A DNA stretch of 64,000 bases, from positions 11,780,001-11,844,000 of the forward strand of contig OZ116706.1 of assembly GCA_964199315.1 (NCBI GenBank), given 5' to 3'. The position numbers and the translations under genes were made by a program. The notes under the pieces are model-generated. The model ran no database searches, was not told the DNA's origin, and saw only the letters and a program-made list of their open reading frames with translations. Positions 60,151 through 64,000 of the stretch are shown piece after piece. Every line of letters starts with the position of its first letter. Position 1 is the first letter of the stretch. This DNA is from Orbicella franksi (lineage: Eukaryota).

Positions 60151-63100
60151 TATTAATACAACATAACTGTATGTTAAAATGTAAATGTTGGATAAGAAAA
60201 GCAAATAATTCGCTTGCTTTAACCGTTTTTTCTTTTTTTTCTTTTGTTTTGTTTTTGTTTTTGTTTATTTATATCACCTTAGGTAACATGATGTCATCAT
60301 ACTCACTAGTATGCGCTGAAAACTTTAGGGAAAATGTATTTCATTAATCATGTAAACTAATATTTTCATGCTTGTTTTGTACTTTTGACTTACAGTACCC
60401 TATGGGAAGTAATATATTCTACAATAAGTATTAATTTAAAGGAAGATTGTTATTTTAATAATATGATTTATATTTATTAACCAGGAAAGTAAAGTAAATA
60501 TTTGCACAACTTAGAGATCATCTTTGAAAGTTTTAAGCAGACCATCCTTAAACGAAACAGGTGAAGATTGCGTAGAACTGGTACTAGTACGTTGTGTGTT
60601 CCACTTGGAGAACCCGATAAGACCGCCACAATAAAGTTAACATAGTTAGTAAACATAGTACTCGTACACTGTATTAAACAGTGCAAACAACATAGTACGG
60701 GTATGTTTACATGTAGCTTATGCTGAAGAATGACTCTTGTAGAAGCCTGATATATAACATAGTATGATATCAGAACTTCCCCTTTATAGGAGATCCCGTA
60801 ATAAATTCTTGACATAATCTTGAAGGCGAACATTTTAATACGAATATTGTTTCTACGGGCCAGGGAGAATATTTTTATTTTTCTGCCTATTTTAGGCTGA
60901 AAATAAATTCTTGTAAACATTCTTAGATTATAGCGTATGACACTTCCATTTCATTGCTTTGATGGCGTTGAAGTAATTTTGGAACTACACTGCAGCCAAT
61001 AAAGCCTGCTGTGACACACATAACTTCTTGCAGAAATATTACTAGCATCGAACATGCGGCTAATGCTATTTTTGCTGGGTTTTTTTTATGTGGGGTGGGG
61101 CTAGTTTAGCCGTTTAGAGAAAGAAATAATTTTAAATCGTGTAGTTAAAAACATATAATTGCATTATATTTACACATTTTCAGCACACTAAATTATATTC
61201 CTTTAAAAATCTCAGCCTTCTTAAAATATTCCTATAAAATATATTCTTATAAAGAAAAGAGTGCACATAAATCGATCTGTGATCTATGAAGAAATTTTCT
61301 CTCAGTAAACAGTAGCAAAACGAAAAAAAATATTCTACTTACAGTGTAGTCTTACTTTTAAAATCAAAGCTGTTTTGCTTTATATTTCAACGGAAACGAC
61401 TCTTGCTGAATCTTCAGTGATCATATGCTATGGCTATAGTAATCGTTCAGTAAATGAAGTCGAGAATCTGGGATACGAAAGATGATTGATATGTAAACAA
61501 CCTCGCCAAGATTTAGGAATACGCTCGCTATTTTGAGAAATGTTTCATCTAAATGTATACAGCTTTGTGTGGAGATGTCATTTTAACGGAAACACCCTGT
61601 CAAGTTACAACTTTGTAAGCGTCTTGTTTTTATAGTATCTTGCGACTGATGAAAGTAAAACCTCAGAAAGATTAGGTACTTTTTACTTTTGGAACATGTC
61701 AACATCACCTGATAATAGGCAATTCAATGAATTGGTCAAACAGCACGACAATGCGTACACATCCAGTGAACATTTTGCCTGTGCAGACACTTTTCTATCT
61801 TTGGCCTCTGTACCGATTTTACCGATTTATATTCACTCAGTCAAAAATCTTGTCCCACCACGCCTCTCTCCGTCACCCCAGTTTTCGCGTGATCAGCAGG
61901 CAAGAAACAAGGAACTCGCTTGAAAGGGAACGTCTGCTACACAGGCTAGAAATTTACAGTCATTCTCAGGCAATACATTTATGTACAAGGTAATCTGGAT
62001 TATATTGTTTTCGAAAATTTAAGGTGGCTCAGAACCTTCCTAGTAGAATTTTTTAAACTTTTCAAAAGTTGCATCTCCGAGCTCGTGTTTGAGCTTTATC
62101 AATTAAAGCTTAAATTAAGGGTGTTTTACCAGGTTGTACTCTCGCTATCGTAACCTATTAAGCTATATTAAAGGTTCGCCAATTGCTGGGCATTTATGTG
62201 ATACCAATATTGTAGCCATCACTTGAGAAACAGTGGTAGTATTCACTCGTCAGCTTCCTTAAACATCTTGGCAAAAATATCTTCAGTTTACGGCCAGACT
62301 GCTTATCTTCCCGACATCACATAGTACAAAAATACACTGATACAAACGCCCTCTTTTCCAAGTGGGGGTAGACGCATTAGGAAGTTTTGAAAGTTCAATT
62401 GAGTTATTTTAGTGACTCAGACATAAGATATTTTTAGTTTGTCCTATGAACTCAATGCTTTTACTAGGCGAAAGAATAACTATAAATATTCAGTTTTTAT
62501 TTCACCAGTTAATTAACGGTGATCTTAGGGTATTCTGAGCTTATTATTTTAAACTGGTATTATAAAATAAGAGCATTTATACGATTGATCTTGGTATAGT
62601 TGCCGACACGCAAGCTAAAGACCTGTCTTTTATTGGCTTGAAGTAATCACTTTTACCGATATACACTGTAAAATGGAGAGTCAACGAGTCTTTAATTTTA
62701 AATCAAAAACATAAAATGTCGATTCACATGTGAATTTTAACTAGTTCATTTCAGAGATATTTCCCATGTCAATAAGTAATGCATTCTTTTGTAAAACACG
62801 AGACTGTGAACTTTTGTTTGACCGTTCTTAGACACTGATCTTGTACATTTCAACAACCTTGTGAGAAAAAAAATATGAATTATGAAACACATACGTGGCG
62901 CGCCATACCCAAAGAGGAAAATTGGCTGACCGTTGAATCTCCAGAGGACTAGCTATGCAAGATAGAGCTAAAAAGAGATCAGTGCTGCTGTTATATCATG
63001 GCTGAGGTCGGGTTTAAAATCATTTTGCCTTGTTTGTTTTCAAGTTGTTGTTATTGTTATTGTTGTTGTTGTTGTTGTTTTTAGTTATTTCATGGAGAGC

Positions 63101-63216
63101 CCCTTTGGTGAGGTTCAATAAAGTACGTATGTGTATGTTTGCAATGCAATCCCACATCCGTGCAAATTAACCAGTCGAGAGGTAAAACCACAGCACGAAA
63201 TAGCAACTTTACTGTT

Positions 63217-63560
63217 CCGTAAAGCTGCCGTAAAGCTGCCGTAAAGCTGCCGTAAAGCTGCCGTAAAGCTCGTATTTACGGAACTTTACGGATCTATACG
63301 AAATCGTAAAGTTGAACTTTAAGCGTCTTTACGGGCTTCTGTAAAGACGCATAAGGGGATACATTTACGGAACTTTATCGTATCGTCAAGTTGGGTGAAG
63401 CTGTACTTTACTATGTCCGTAAAGTTTTTTTAAAGCACTGTAAAGGCATCCTTTCATACGGCTTTATGGACACGTCGCGTAAAGCTGTACTTTACTATGT
63501 CCGTAATGCCCTTTAAAGCGCTGTAAAGGCATCCTTTCATACGGCTTTATGGACATCAAA
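63217..63560. repeat. CGTAAAG/CTTTACG motif array: (CCGTAAAGCTG)x5 plus a ~75-bp direct repeat
   Basis: 11-mer tandem at 63217-63270. Direct repeats 63398-63472 and 63482-63555. Confidence 0.85.
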
Positions 63561-64000
63561 GCGACGTAAATGCAAGCCCAATATCGTCCGCATTTTGTTC
63601 TGTTCAGCACTCCAATAAGCTCAAGCACTTTTTATGAAATGAAGTACTCGTGTAAGTTCAGTTAAATTAATATAGTAAGCCGGTAAGTAGTTACATAGCT
63701 GGAACATTTCTCATTCAACTCGTATCTTCTCCAGTGAAAAAATTAAACGCAAGCAAAAAGTTGCAGTCATGTAATCATTTATTTTAAAATGTAATAAATC
63801 AGACTCAATAAGATACATGTAGTTTCTTGGCACCGCAGACGTTAAGTACATTTTACGAATATACAATCATCATGCATAAGTTTAAAATGGAACAGCAACT
63901 CATTGCATCTAACTTAGGAAAAATGTGTTAATAATTGTAAAAGTACTCTTAATTCAGACTTTTCAAGTCAACTAAAGCAACTATTAATATAACCAATTGA

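Noticed and set aside
60477-60920. 147-aa minus-strand ORF
   Set aside because: AT-rich, no domain and no splice context.
61696-61993. Overlapping + strand ORFs with a 13-bp match to Tbx20-B exon 5
   Set aside because: The match does not extend, so it is probably chance.

Overview
Eukaryotic, AT-rich, intron-containing genomic DNA. Gene content and repeat families suggest an anthozoan, most likely a stony coral (inference). Left third (1-19.5 kb): two paralogous genes for small secreted 8-Cys knottin(ICK)-like prepropeptides (CDS 3827-4132 and 15755-16039, + strand). Between them lies a ~7-kb mosaic of three or more diverged copies of the same non-coding blocks. Both genes carry the same degenerate duplicate of their own C-terminal coding end in the 3' UTR. 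At 19.6-23.0 kb (- strand) is a signal peptide + PAN/apple + fibrinogen-domain gene whose only phase-compatible middle exon contains an in-frame TAA. 23-40 kb is mostly repeats (tRNA-derived SINEs, MITEs, hairpin elements, a dead THAP domain). 40.7-58.6 kb holds two complete tandem Tbx20 genes (7 coding exons each; 399 and 389 aa by my exon models). They share a sharply bounded 204-bp tract of 96% nucleotide identity in exon 3, while other exons look synonymously saturated, which suggests gene conversion. No tools were used: alignments and counts were made by eye, and family names for decayed TEs are tentative.
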